Shown: positions 44,830 through 55,489 of the stretch, piece by piece | Numbering within the stretch: the first letter of the stretch is position 1 | How the letters are laid out: each line of letters opens with the position of its first letter | Sequence record: OR699282.2 | DNA: 64,000 nucleotides | Reading direction: 5' to 3' (one strand) | The notes under the pieces: model-generated | Told to the model about the DNA's origin: nothing | Database searches by the model: none | Seen by the model: the letters and a program-made list of their open reading frames with translations, nothing else | Translations under genes and position numbers: made by a program

Positions 44830-45306
44830 ATGTCCAAAGACCTATCATTTAGCAATGCACAAAAAATAGCAAAAGACATTATCAGGGTTTATAAATTCCT
44901 TGCGAATGTTACTGAAGATTTTTCCGTGGGGGAACATAAAGTTATTAAACGAAATGGATACCTTTCATTTATGGATGGGTTACTCTATAGTTCAGATGAA
45001 TCAACTTGTAGCATTAGAGTACTTGATGAAGTACCAAGTGGTGATTTTATTTCATACCATTTTCCAAGTTCAGATAATTTCAAATACTACAATCATCTTC
45101 TTATAAATGAAGCATTTAATACGATTGTAATTAACACTGAAGAAGAGTTCTTCCAGTACAGTACTGTGTATCCAGAGAGGATTGTTTTCAGTTCAGTGAT
45201 TTTAACAGCCCTTAAAAATGAACTAAATTCCGATAGTGATCATTTCTACTTGGACCTGAACAATGTCGATTGTATTATTGAGTACCTGGAGAAAAATGGT
45301 TTATGA
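44830..45306 (+). CDS. family B protein
   Basis: TEEEFFQYSTVYP. Confidence 0.8.
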   Translation: MSKDLSFSNAQKIAKDIIRVYKFLANVTEDFSVGEHKVIKRNGYLSFMDGLLYSSDESTCSIRVLDEVPSGDFISYHFPSSDNFKYYNHLLINEAFNTIVINTEEEFFQYSTVYPERIVFSSVILTALKNELNSDSDHFYLDLNNVDCIIEYLEKNGL

Positions 45307-45788
45307 TTACTACAGAATATGATTACTATGGTGTTTTAGAATTTACAGAAAATATCTATCGCATTGCAAAGGAGTTCAGAAGTCCTAAGCCTTTTGGTGG
45401 AATGCCTTTTGGTGGTATGTTTCAATACGATGAGTTCAGTTCATCTAAAGGAAGACTAGCATTTACTAATGGTAGAGGTAATCAAATCTACGCGGAGTAC
45501 TTTGATGATAATGACTTTCATTACAAAGCCGAATACATTTCATATTGCCCTGGGTCTGATTTGAAGATTAATATTGATACATTTAGAGAAGCAGTATTTG
45601 TTCCGTATAATGATTTAGTCTTCATGTCAGAGGAAATGTACTTTCAGGGTTCTTGTATTCATGATGTAAAAGTACTTAATGCTATGTTATTTTATGGTGC
45701 ACTACTTAATCATTACAAATACAATCAACGATTCTTTTTAGATTTAGCAGTCTACTATAAATGCGTGGATTATTTGAATGCAAAATAA
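45303..45788 (+). CDS. family B protein
   Basis: MSEEMYFQGSCIHD. Confidence 0.8.
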   Translation: MITTEYDYYGVLEFTENIYRIAKEFRSPKPFGGMPFGGMFQYDEFSSSKGRLAFTNGRGNQIYAEYFDDNDFHYKAEYISYCPGSDLKINIDTFREAVFVPYNDLVFMSEEMYFQGSCIHDVKVLNAMLFYGALLNHYKYNQRFFLDLAVYYKCVDYLNAK

Positions 45789-46140
45789 GAAAACAATTCA
45801 GTACATGACGGATGGCAATGAATGCTTTGCTTCAAGATATGAATTCAACAAGAACCATTTCGTAACCTATATCCCTGAATATAATCAGTTTTATCTACAG
45901 ATTTACCAAAATGATTCATATATGAATGAGATATATTCTGAAATAAAAATCCTGGATTATAGTACTTTATCAGAAGAGGAATTGTTTCAGCAGAGCACTA
46001 TCAGTACTGAAGATGTGTATGAAATAATGGAATACCAGAAGGTACTTAAATATTTCCATGAAGTTCAGGATATACAAATGGATAGTGTTAAAGCGTGGAA
46101 TTATAACACATACGAGGTAAATTATGTTCGAAATGATTAA
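45778..46140 (+). CDS. family B protein
   Basis: DYSTLSEEELFQQSTI. Confidence 0.8.
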   Translation: MQNKKTIQYMTDGNECFASRYEFNKNHFVTYIPEYNQFYLQIYQNDSYMNEIYSEIKILDYSTLSEEELFQQSTISTEDVYEIMEYQKVLKYFHEVQDIQMDSVKAWNYNTYEVNYVRND

Positions 46141-46537
46141 AATTATGCAACGATGTATTGTAGACCAACACGGGATATATGGATATAGTTTAAGTGCTCC
46201 TATTGACAAAAATAAAACAACCTATGTAAGCTATAATGCTGTACAAGGATTTGATATATTCATTGATGCCAACAATAAAATCAAACAAGCTAAGGATGTG
46301 TCTATAATGACCCCTGACGAGCTATTTCAGTACAGCTTAGTTCTGCCTACCTGTATTGATTTACAACGTCTAGGAGCTATACAGAAGGTTTTACGCGAAC
46401 ATAAAGTACAACCCAATAAAGTCACACACATTCCAGAAACAATCTTCAAAACCATAGAAGTAGAAACTCCTGATTATATGTTAAGTGATGATGAGTACTA
46501 CGAGAAACACTTCCCTGGTAAAGTTTGGAGAGACTAA
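46124..46537 (+). CDS. family B protein
   Basis: MTPDELFQYSLVLP. Confidence 0.8.
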   Translation: MFEMIKIMQRCIVDQHGIYGYSLSAPIDKNKTTYVSYNAVQGFDIFIDANNKIKQAKDVSIMTPDELFQYSLVLPTCIDLQRLGAIQKVLREHKVQPNKVTHIPETIFKTIEVETPDYMLSDDEYYEKHFPGKVWRD

Positions 46538-47019
46538 TGAACCGAAAGTACAGAGAAACTATGAAGTTCGCTAAGGAGTGTTTAGAGACAGTTGATTTCA
46601 TTTTCGATAACAAAGACTCACTGGGTCATCACTTCGTAATTACAAAGAAAGAAGATAAGAGATACAAGTGTGAAAGATTAGGATACAGTATTGAGTTCTC
46701 CTTAATGATTGATGGAATGATAAACTCCTTATATGAATGTGGTAAGACTGATTACCTTTCATTTAGATCATGGAGTGAAGGTATCATGTTCTTGAGAACA
46801 AATGGAGTTTTATATCCGTTTCTTGATGATTTATCAGAAGAAAGTTACTTTCAAAATAGTTTAATTTACACAGAAAAAGAACTCAAGATGCTATTCATTA
46901 TGTCGTACTTTAAAAAGTACTGCAATTTTAAATCATTATCTTTTGAGATCTCTGCAATGAAAGTATTCATTAAAAATGTAAAAGAATTAAAGAGGATTTA
47001 CGATGTACATAGAAAATGA
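46525..47019 (+). CDS. family B protein
   Basis: LSEESYFQNSLIY. Confidence 0.8.
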   Translation: MERLMNRKYRETMKFAKECLETVDFIFDNKDSLGHHFVITKKEDKRYKCERLGYSIEFSLMIDGMINSLYECGKTDYLSFRSWSEGIMFLRTNGVLYPFLDDLSEESYFQNSLIYTEKELKMLFIMSYFKKYCNFKSLSFEISAMKVFIKNVKELKRIYDVHRK

Positions 47020-47545
47020 TAATGTAAAATGCATTGCCGACATTTGTATAAAATTAATGAAAATTTTCATTAACCCAAAATACAAGACTCGTTCTTTACG
47101 TCATAATATTGATGAGCATTGTACCATTAATATACTAGGTAGTATTCTTGATGTAAAATATGATGGTAAAATGTTATTCGGTATAAGAGAAGAGAAGATA
47201 GATGATGCATTCTTTTCTTCTAAAGATAAATTTGAACCTTCTGATTATAAAGTGATTATTCGTGATGATAGCATCTATATTAGTAGTGATTATTCAAATT
47301 ACTTCGATAAAATATACACTGAAAACGTTGACTACCATTATGAAATGATTGATTTACCAGTAACAGACATTGATATGGAGAGAATCAAATTTTCATTATC
47401 AGATAATGAGTACTTAGGTATACAAACATATTATTCACTACAAGGAAAGATTCCACCTGCTATGTATATAAGGATTGAGATTGGTAATGTATTCAATGAT
47501 AAGGTTATATCAATTGCTGATAAAATATTGAGGGTTGAATTATGA
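47003..47545 (+). CDS. hypothetical protein, possible divergent family B
   Basis: DMERIKFSLS. Confidence 0.7.
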   Translation: MYIENDNVKCIADICIKLMKIFINPKYKTRSLRHNIDEHCTINILGSILDVKYDGKMLFGIREEKIDDAFFSSKDKFEPSDYKVIIRDDSIYISSDYSNYFDKIYTENVDYHYEMIDLPVTDIDMERIKFSLSDNEYLGIQTYYSLQGKIPPAMYIRIEIGNVFNDKVISIADKILRVEL

Positions 47546-48105
47546 ATATCAATGATTACCAATTTCATAGGCTTGAATTTCGTCATTGTGTTGCATTTGC
47601 AAAAACATTGATGTGCATCATTGACACTCTTTCATCCAAACAATTTCGTAAGGATAATGATTTATTTCTGAAAAAAGGTCGTGTAACATCATCCGATATC
47701 AGTGTTGAACTATTTGTTGATATCAGTGTTGATACCGGAGACAGTACAAGGGTTGGTTGTATAGGTCATATTGGTACACATTGCTTCACATGGAATCCAA
47801 ATACAAGTCAAGTACGAATTGATTATAGAAATTCACGTTGGGTTGATCTTAGTACTGAATCCGATTTAGAATCAGCTATGTTCCAGCTAAGTTTAATTCA
47901 CAATCCTAATGAACTTCTTTACATTATTACTTTCAGTTATCTGTTACAAAACTACGATAATCCATCAGGGTTTTTCATAGAATCGGATATAGAAGAAATT
48001 ATGGAAGAGTTTCCTAGTTTAAAGGATATTCTGGAAGAAAAAGATTTCTATGAAGACTTCAGAGATTTATACGACATGCACTTGGAGTTATTTAAGAATG
48101 GATAA
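47542..48105 (+). CDS. family B protein
   Basis: DLESAMFQLSLIHN. Confidence 0.8.
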   Translation: MNINDYQFHRLEFRHCVAFAKTLMCIIDTLSSKQFRKDNDLFLKKGRVTSSDISVELFVDISVDTGDSTRVGCIGHIGTHCFTWNPNTSQVRIDYRNSRWVDLSTESDLESAMFQLSLIHNPNELLYIITFSYLLQNYDNPSGFFIESDIEEIMEEFPSLKDILEEKDFYEDFRDLYDMHLELFKNG

Positions 48106-48616
48106 AGATGATATTCTAATTAGACTAATTAAGAGTTTAATAAAGTTCTCAAATAATGATGTCGATACATACAAAGTAGGGGATATTGAATTCAAATCAT
48201 TTGGTATGTACGGTGAGGACAAAACATATTATGCGTCAATGAAAATTCAAGATTTTCACGAGATGTTAATATCGTTATCATATGAAGATGTTGATCCAAG
48301 ATGGAGTTCCAGTATTTCACTATCGAGAATGGTAATTCGTAGTAAGCATCGTTACATTTCGTCAAAGAATACTCCTAACTTGATTAATATTGTGTTGAAT
48401 GAAAATACCAATCCTATATCTAAACTTGATATCGTACCGTTAACCGATGAAGTACTTTTTCAATTGAGTACCATTTGTGATGAAGATGTGATATCATGTA
48501 TGAAAATTTATGAGACGGTTGGGAGTGATATTCCCATGAACTATTACCTAACGATAGATGGAACATACCTCAGAGATGAAGCTCTAGCGTACATTGACAG
48601 TGTTTTACCAAAATAA
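48098..48616 (+). CDS. family B protein
   Basis: LTDEVLFQLSTICD; start moved. Confidence 0.8.
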   Translation: MDKDDILIRLIKSLIKFSNNDVDTYKVGDIEFKSFGMYGEDKTYYASMKIQDFHEMLISLSYEDVDPRWSSSISLSRMVIRSKHRYISSKNTPNLINIVLNENTNPISKLDIVPLTDEVLFQLSTICDEDVISCMKIYETVGSDIPMNYYLTIDGTYLRDEALAYIDSVLPK

Positions 48617-48677
48617 AGACCCTTATTGGGTCTTTTTGTGTTTACGTCTTTACAGTAGCATTCAGATGTGTTATAAT
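48617..48677 (+). terminator. terminator followed by a sigma70 promoter
   Basis: AAAGACCC-TTATT-GGGTCTTTTT, then TTTACA-17-TATAAT (48649-48677). Confidence 0.7.
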
Positions 48678-48704
48678 CGCTTTTAATAGAGTACAGGAGA
48701 AGAT

Positions 48705-49271
48705 ATGAGTACTGAATTAATTAAAGAAGTTACCTTACTTCTGAAGCATTGTTTTAAGTTCATTCCTGATACTGGTTCACGCCAGTACATTAAAGTTAAT
48801 GAGAAATATAACATCAATATCCTTGTATCTGAAACTGCGAGCAGTTATGCTAACATTGAGTTGGATTCTGAAGAAAAATATACAGTATTACAAATCATAG
48901 CAGATGTACAACGTAAACAAGATTATCGTTCTTCATTTTACAACGATTATCTGTGTGTTTGCTCAAACTTCAGTGAGAATAAAATTGTGTATAAGAATTT
49001 ATACACACATGAAGTGATTGATACATATAATTATAAAATTTCATCTGATGAATACAATGTGCTAATGTTCAACGCAAACCTTTTGTATGATGCCAGTACT
49101 GTACGCTGTTTAGAGTTAGCATATAAAATTCCAAAGATCATGGAAAGAAAAGATTTGATTCACTTTAAAACTATTTTAAAATACAGTACAAAAGAATTAG
49201 AGGATTTAGTACAGGCTCTTAAGAATTTCATTAATGAACATGTACCTGTTAAATTCGAGGATGCACAATGA
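48705..49271 (+). CDS. hypothetical protein, possible divergent family B
   Basis: LMFNANLLYD; SD AGGAG. Confidence 0.75.
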   Translation: MSTELIKEVTLLLKHCFKFIPDTGSRQYIKVNEKYNINILVSETASSYANIELDSEEKYTVLQIIADVQRKQDYRSSFYNDYLCVCSNFSENKIVYKNLYTHEVIDTYNYKISSDEYNVLMFNANLLYDASTVRCLELAYKIPKIMERKDLIHFKTILKYSTKELEDLVQALKNFINEHVPVKFEDAQ

Positions 49272-49852
49272 ACCATATCAGAACTAAAATTTTGAGACTC
49301 ATGCATGACATTGCAGAACTTTCAGAGATTCATGACATTACAGAAATTGTTGAATTTGATGATTATCGACTGAAAATTGAAAACAAATCCAAACATCGTT
49401 TTGGATCAGTTCAGTTGGATGTATATAAAACTTATGAATTTTCTAAAAAAATTAAAAGTTCATGGGATACGATTACTATGTACATTCGCACATCCAGAAA
49501 TCGTGAACGTATTGGTTCTATTTCTTCTAATATGGTATTTGCGAATGCATTACATGAAAAAATGAATAAAATTGTAGAATCTGATTTCAGTGAAGATGAT
49601 GGTTTTATTGGGTTGGATGTTCCACCAGAATTAGACCAAAGTGAAGATATTCGAGATGCATTCATTTTCCAGAAATCATTGTTGGACAATTACAAAGAAT
49701 TCGAGTACTTAATGCTTTGTTACGATACTGCAAAAGTTCTTGATTGTGGTGAACTAGTTATGTACAATGATTTTATCAATTACAAGACTGATGTTCTGAA
49801 TACACTACTTCAAAATATAGAATCGGTTAAGGAAAAATATGAACGCTTATAG
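49268..49852 (+). CDS. family B protein
   Basis: DAFIFQKSLLD. Confidence 0.75.
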   Translation: MNHIRTKILRLMHDIAELSEIHDITEIVEFDDYRLKIENKSKHRFGSVQLDVYKTYEFSKKIKSSWDTITMYIRTSRNRERIGSISSNMVFANALHEKMNKIVESDFSEDDGFIGLDVPPELDQSEDIRDAFIFQKSLLDNYKEFEYLMLCYDTAKVLDCGELVMYNDFINYKTDVLNTLLQNIESVKEKYERL

Positions 49853-50417
49853 TTATATGACAGAACGCCATCAGTTATTATATGATATCAGTACAAAAAT
49901 GTTATCAATTGTTAGTAGTGCAAAAGAAATTGAAAAACAATACCTCATCCGTGATGTAGCAATTTCATCTAAATGTTGGTCCAATGAATATTACGATCAC
50001 GGTATTCTTACTATTTCTGGGGCTAGAAATATTTGTATTGTAAAAAATAAAAATAAAAGTAATGAAGAGTGTGAGATTATAACCGATATACAAATTAAGG
50101 ATGATGGAAGTTTTTCACACCACCCATTCCATATTAGTACTATTGGTGTTTTATATAATATTAAAGTACTATTCGGTGATGAAGAGTATGTGTTAAAATC
50201 TATCAATCCAGAATCAAGTACAGTTGAAGAAGAACTGTTCCAGATGAGCACTGTTATACCTGAAGAGGTTCTTAGTACTGTTATTTTTTGTAGTTTAATT
50301 TATCATGAATACAAAAAGTACCAGTTCGATTTCCACATGTTAGGAACATACATCTTCAATAATTTGAATGTAGATCGTTTAACAGCATTAAATGCAGCAA
50401 TGGATAAGGTGCTATAA
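49839..50417 (+). CDS. family B protein
   Basis: VEEELFQMSTVIP. Confidence 0.8.
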   Translation: MNAYSYMTERHQLLYDISTKMLSIVSSAKEIEKQYLIRDVAISSKCWSNEYYDHGILTISGARNICIVKNKNKSNEECEIITDIQIKDDGSFSHHPFHISTIGVLYNIKVLFGDEEYVLKSINPESSTVEEELFQMSTVIPEEVLSTVIFCSLIYHEYKKYQFDFHMLGTYIFNNLNVDRLTALNAAMDKVL

Positions 50418-50845
50418 TGACAAGAGATGATTGTTTGTACATATGGGATATAATTGAAACTACACTTTCAAATCCAGAAAATTATAAAACAAAAAAAAGA
50501 CAACGACACAAAATATGGATAGATTTGTTCGTTGAGGGCATACACGCAGTGACTATTTGGGATTCACCGAGGGCATCATCATCTACTCTGTTGGACAATG
50601 AATGCATTGATTGCATTAATTCCACTTTTCATCTCCACGGTACTACAATTTTTGGTACATTTCTGGATATTGAAAGTAAAGATGATATTGATTCACTTGC
50701 GTTACAATACCAAGTACTATATAATACTAAATTAATTTACGATTTAGTACTAGCTTCTTATGTGTATAAATTAATGATGAAATATAATCATATTTCTGTT
50801 TCAGTTTATACTAAGGATATTCTTTCATTAAGAGACAAAACATGA
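50417..50845 (+). CDS. hypothetical protein, possible divergent family B
   Basis: DSLALQYQVLYN. Confidence 0.7.
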   Translation: MTRDDCLYIWDIIETTLSNPENYKTKKRQRHKIWIDLFVEGIHAVTIWDSPRASSSTLLDNECIDCINSTFHLHGTTIFGTFLDIESKDDIDSLALQYQVLYNTKLIYDLVLASYVYKLMMKYNHISVSVYTKDILSLRDKT

Positions 50846-51351
50846 GTTTATTAAATGCACGCGAATTGGTTGAGATGTATGAGATTTTGTCTTCATATAA
50901 AAATTCTCCAAAAGATGTAATTCTAAACAAAAAGTTCCATGTCAGTGTTGAACATATAACAAATATAGATATGATTTCTTTGGTGGAAAGTAATAAGTCA
51001 GGTCTGGAGCGTGATATCATGCGTTTGATTTATATTCCTAAACCATCATATACTAATGATAGTACTATTAGCAATGAGACATTCATGTATAGTCCTGGTA
51101 CGGATTCTACTATAGTATCGCTGTCCAATAAATCAATGGATACTTTCCAATTCATCTATACCAGTACTGATAACATTGAAGAAATTGAATTTCAAAACAA
51201 TACATTAAGTCCATGTAGTAGTGTTATAACCTTTATGTCATATCTATGGTCAACTAAAACAAGTGCTGTTGTATATAGTTCAAATTATACACAAGATAGT
51301 ATTGTTGAATCATATAAAGTTCTAAAGGAATACTATGAAAATAACAAATGA
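50842..51351 (+). CDS. family B protein
   Basis: IEEIEFQNNTLS. Confidence 0.7.
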   Translation: MSLLNARELVEMYEILSSYKNSPKDVILNKKFHVSVEHITNIDMISLVESNKSGLERDIMRLIYIPKPSYTNDSTISNETFMYSPGTDSTIVSLSNKSMDTFQFIYTSTDNIEEIEFQNNTLSPCSSVITFMSYLWSTKTSAVVYSSNYTQDSIVESYKVLKEYYENNK

Positions 51352-51916
51352 TTTTATTAAAAGTGTAGTACACCCTATGCTTAGTATTATGAAAAAAATA
51401 CAGAATCTACCGGAAGATAACGATTACAAGTTTAATCGTTTTGATTCAGATGTGTTTTGTATTGAAATTGAAATTAATAACAATCGTAATTTACATTTAA
51501 AATTCAAAGAATCTTCGAGTCCGTACTACAACTTTGATATGAATTTTAAAATAGATACTGACATTGAAGAAAACGTAATATCAAATCATACTAGCAAAAA
51601 TGGTTTTATGCATAGAACTACTATGTACAATAATAAAAATAGTATTATATCTAAATGGAATCAACAATTCACTAAAATTTGTGAAATTGAATATAATGAT
51701 TTTGGTGAAGAACATTACTTTCAGTTAAGTACAATTCATGAACTTCCACCATATGATTATGTTAAAACATGGTTTGATATTCATAATATAATTGATGATG
51801 CAATCAAACTTCCATTTGGTGTGTCAATATCATATACTGCTCCTAAAACATTTGTTTTTACTGAAGATATGATTATGAAAAAGATATGGGCAATCATCCC
51901 ACTTATGATGGATTAA
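51335..51916 (+). CDS. family B protein
   Basis: FGEEHYFQLSTIHE. Confidence 0.8.
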   Translation: MKITNDFIKSVVHPMLSIMKKIQNLPEDNDYKFNRFDSDVFCIEIEINNNRNLHLKFKESSSPYYNFDMNFKIDTDIEENVISNHTSKNGFMHRTTMYNNKNSIISKWNQQFTKICEIEYNDFGEEHYFQLSTIHELPPYDYVKTWFDIHNIIDDAIKLPFGVSISYTAPKTFVFTEDMIMKKIWAIIPLMMD

Positions 51917-51922
51917 ATTTGT

Positions 51923-51959
51923 ACCAGGGGTTGACTCTGGTTTTTTTGTATGATACATT
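51923..51959 (+). terminator. overlapping terminator and promoter
   Basis: ACCAGGG-GTTGA-CTCTGGT-T6; TTGACT-17-TACATT with TG. Confidence 0.6.
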
Positions 51960-51977
51960 GTTCTCAAGGAGAATTTT

Positions 51978-52529
51978 ATGAACTACAATCATGATCTTTT
52001 TACATTATGTGCATCCAAATGTGTTGAAGGATGGGCAGATAAAATCAATACCATAATTCATCGATATCTCGTCTTTAGTTCCCGTGCACGAAGTGAGGGG
52101 GCTATGGATTTCAAATATACACTATCTATTGATGGTGTAACTATCCATGCAGACGAAGAACGTCTGAACATTAATTTGTATGATTCCTGTGTATTTGCTA
52201 TTCACCAAAAGATGGGGAAAGGATGGGGTTGTAATAACATTAACTCCAAAGCTATCTTTTGGGTTGGTCACCATCAGACAGTACTTGATCCTTCAATCAA
52301 ATCTAATCTTTTATCCGATAATATGGTTTATGATTTATTGTACTCCGAAGAACAACATTTTCAGTTAAGTACATTACATGATCTGGCACAGTACGAGGAT
52401 TGTTACAAAACATTAGAACTATGCCATTCCCTTGAACTTAAAGATAAATTGATACAAGTTTACCCTTCATTCTTTCATGAAGAAGTACAAAGTACACTAG
52501 ATCATATTTTATATGGATACGATAAATGA
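51978..52529 (+). CDS. family B protein
   Basis: SEEQHFQLSTLHD. Confidence 0.8.
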   Translation: MNYNHDLFTLCASKCVEGWADKINTIIHRYLVFSSRARSEGAMDFKYTLSIDGVTIHADEERLNINLYDSCVFAIHQKMGKGWGCNNINSKAIFWVGHHQTVLDPSIKSNLLSDNMVYDLLYSEEQHFQLSTLHDLAQYEDCYKTLELCHSLELKDKLIQVYPSFFHEEVQSTLDHILYGYDK

Positions 52530-53128
52530 GAAAAAGTTATCAAGAAGCTATTGACTTAATTCGTGAAGTTATCAAGGTGGCTCCTGCTGCTATTGAGTTC
52601 AAGAAGTCCATATACAAGAAGTATGGTTCAATGTCGAGTATGTGCTTTCAAAAGAAACGTAGAGCATTCACTACCCAGTACTGGAATGATTCTATCATCC
52701 TGAGCAATGAGACTCAGCGTATTTTAACACTAGAATCTGAACCTAATGAGTACGGGGAAGGGAACATTTGTGTACCTGATTATGATGAAATTAACTTCAA
52801 CTGCGGTGATTTTGAAACAACATTATTACTTCATGAGGGTTATCCAGAAGGTGATGTATTAGCTGAGTACAATCCAAAAACTAAAATTCTCAAAAGAGGA
52901 ATCCAGTTCACTATTAATAACAAAGATGATGTTCAAGCAGCACTGATGCAACTGAGTACAAGTGAACCTATCACTATTAGTGTAGAAGAGTTATGGGGAA
53001 TTATTTCAGTACTCAATGAGTGCTACAAAGTAAAATCATTGCGTAAACACAGCATTATATTACATACCAATATGGCAAATATAAAATGTAAGCACATTCA
53101 AGAAATGGTGGTTCCAGATGGACTTTAA
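52526..53128 (+). CDS. hypothetical protein, possible divergent family B
   Basis: VQAALMQLSTS. Confidence 0.75.
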   Translation: MRKSYQEAIDLIREVIKVAPAAIEFKKSIYKKYGSMSSMCFQKKRRAFTTQYWNDSIILSNETQRILTLESEPNEYGEGNICVPDYDEINFNCGDFETTLLLHEGYPEGDVLAEYNPKTKILKRGIQFTINNKDDVQAALMQLSTSEPITISVEELWGIISVLNECYKVKSLRKHSIILHTNMANIKCKHIQEMVVPDGL

Positions 53129-53702
53129 AGAAATTGAAAGTAAATTAAAGTACTTCAAAGATATCAAACTTCTTTGGAAAAAGTATAAAGTTGATTACAA
53201 TTTCAGTGATGATGAGACAATAAAATACATTGAGATTAATATCAAAATCAAGTTCAAGAATAATAATTATGGTGAAGTAACCTTAAATCATACTGGTATA
53301 TCACTCAAGGACTATGATGGTACAACACTCGCATATTTTGACTTCACACCAGAACCAGGTGAAACACTACTTAGTGAGATAAATTCCTATGACATGGAAG
53401 TGTTCGGCGGGAATCCGTTACTGTTCCGACTTTCTGAAGAGTGGAGTGAAGAGTACTACACTTACAAAGATGGTGTAGTACTTGACATTCATGGAGAAGT
53501 TGTGAATGACTTGGAAGAACGTTTGTTCCAAGAATTGTGTGTTTCAAATACTTCATATGCATACAATCATATCCTTGACATGTTTGATTTATATAGTAAA
53601 ATAGATGCTGAAATGAAGGCACATGGTATTCATTACCTTACAATTAACGACTATGCTCAACTCGAAACCGCTGTGAAAGCATTGACTAAAGTACTGAAAT
53701 AG
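53118..53702 (+). CDS. family B protein
   Basis: LEERLFQELCVS. Confidence 0.75.
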   Translation: MDFKEIESKLKYFKDIKLLWKKYKVDYNFSDDETIKYIEINIKIKFKNNNYGEVTLNHTGISLKDYDGTTLAYFDFTPEPGETLLSEINSYDMEVFGGNPLLFRLSEEWSEEYYTYKDGVVLDIHGEVVNDLEERLFQELCVSNTSYAYNHILDMFDLYSKIDAEMKAHGIHYLTINDYAQLETAVKALTKVLK

Positions 53703-53711
53703 GAATGAAAT

Positions 53712-54125
53712 ATGAAACTGTATCATGCGAGTACTGTAAAAATTGATAACTTTTATATCCCGTATGGTGGTCTTCATATGGGAGGTAAACACAGTGCTTT
53801 GGAAGCTGCATTACGCAAGCTGAGAAGCCCACTGAACGTAGTAGACGCATGTACAGTATACTTGCATACCTTAGAAGTTGATGTTGATAACGTGCTTCTG
53901 TGTGAAGATTTAGGCAGTGATGATGAGTGGCGTTCACTTATTGAGAATTGCACTGCTCAAGGTTATGATGCTGTTCAGTACAAAAATGATTACGAGCCAG
54001 ACAATGTTCCTAGCTTTATGATTTGGGATGCATCTAAAGTTCGCATCATTGAAGTTGATGCTATGCATATGGATGAAGCTGAAATGATTATCGAAGATTT
54101 TCTTGATGAATATGAAGGTGTATAA
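53712..54125 (+). CDS. putative ADP-ribosyltransferase-fold protein (ART-PolyVal-like)
   Basis: LYHAS..LHMG..A..GYDAVQYKNDYE..SFMIWDASKVRI pattern. Confidence 0.5.
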   Translation: MKLYHASTVKIDNFYIPYGGLHMGGKHSALEAALRKLRSPLNVVDACTVYLHTLEVDVDNVLLCEDLGSDDEWRSLIENCTAQGYDAVQYKNDYEPDNVPSFMIWDASKVRIIEVDAMHMDEAEMIIEDFLDEYEGV

Positions 54126-54661
54126 TGACTGACCCGATGGTAGCACTGGCACGTACTAAGTTACTATTAAAGATTGGTGAGATTTTTACGGTTCTTCTGT
54201 CCAATAATATTGATATTACTGAGCTAGATATTAAGCAACCGTGGGAAGTGACTATGTTCTCGGCGTTCCACCGATTGTCATATAAAGGTGAAAGTGTTCT
54301 TGATTTTAACCCTAAAGCAAAATTCATAGATTATGCTGCGTTGTACAGAGAGTTGCACCGAAATATTTATTCCGGTTGTATAACCAATAACTTCAAAGAA
54401 ATTAAAGTTCAAACTGCATCACATGAGTTCAATGATTTACTTTATCCAGAATTTAATCTAACGGAAGAATTACTCTTTCAGTACTCGTTAATTCTCACAA
54501 ATCTCGAAACGCTAGAGTACTACAAAGAGTTAGTAGATATTTTTATGAATACACGTCTTTCAAAAGATATTGTGATATTCTGGTATACAGAGCATGTTAC
54601 GGAGGAATTGCTTACTGAATTTCTTCTAAATATGACAGCTATAAAGGAGAAGTTATGTTAG
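54125..54661 (+). CDS. family B protein
   Basis: LTEELLFQYSLIL. Confidence 0.8.
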   Translation: MTDPMVALARTKLLLKIGEIFTVLLSNNIDITELDIKQPWEVTMFSAFHRLSYKGESVLDFNPKAKFIDYAALYRELHRNIYSGCITNNFKEIKVQTASHEFNDLLYPEFNLTEELLFQYSLILTNLETLEYYKELVDIFMNTRLSKDIVIFWYTEHVTEELLTEFLLNMTAIKEKLC

Positions 54662-55128
54662 ATATTTTAGGAAACATCGACACTGCAAATTATTTTATTC
54701 AAGATGCATTGTTTAATACAGTACAACAAGGTTTAGAAGTTCACCACAATGTTTATCAGGGTGATGGATATTTTGTTGATATTATCGAGACACGTAAAAA
54801 TACATTTAATGTTAACATTACGACGCTTGGAAGACAGAACATTGCACGAATTTTAGTAAGTAAAGATGAAATAGTACTGAGATACAGTGCTAAGTTTATG
54901 TTGACTTATAAGAAAAAAACTGATATGTTCAGTACTAATTTATTTGATGAGCCATTTGACCTTGAAGATATTGAAGCTACTTTCTTTACTCAAAGTACTA
55001 TGGTAAAATACACTGATGTTCAATTTTCTGCTGATGTAATGTCGGAAACATTACAAATGATCAAGGTATTATTTTATGCATTTGAGCAATTTAGAGAAGA
55101 AAGAAACAAGGTTAACAACCACAGATGA
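54655..55128 (+). CDS. hypothetical protein, possible divergent family B
   Basis: IEATFFTQSTMV. Confidence 0.75.
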   Translation: MLDILGNIDTANYFIQDALFNTVQQGLEVHHNVYQGDGYFVDIIETRKNTFNVNITTLGRQNIARILVSKDEIVLRYSAKFMLTYKKKTDMFSTNLFDEPFDLEDIEATFFTQSTMVKYTDVQFSADVMSETLQMIKVLFYAFEQFREERNKVNNHR

Positions 55129-55489
55129 ACTAATAGAGGCGATCACTAAGGAGTCAAAATACCACAAAGGGATTCGTCTATATTTTATAGATATTGGTTC
55201 AATGGAAGGCATATACATTTATGGTTCACAATCTTTATCTTATGATGTAATGCCAAAAAAACATGTAAAAATCTTTTTAGGTTCAGATAAAAAAACTTTC
55301 TTGACAATTAATGATAAAAACGTTATTATGAATTCGTTGGGTCATGATAAGGTGGAAATTGATCTAAACACACTGGAGGATATTGATTTTTTTCAATACG
55401 AGTGTTTAGGTGTTGACTTACATGGCATTAGTAGCGATATGATAAAATCATTAATCAAATATTTCGAAGGTGTTCATAAATGTATCTAA
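55076..55489 (+). CDS. family B protein
   Basis: LEDIDFFQYECLG. Confidence 0.75.
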   Translation: MHLSNLEKKETRLTTTDELIEAITKESKYHKGIRLYFIDIGSMEGIYIYGSQSLSYDVMPKKHVKIFLGSDKKTFLTINDKNVIMNSLGHDKVEIDLNTLEDIDFFQYECLGVDLHGISSDMIKSLIKYFEGVHKCI

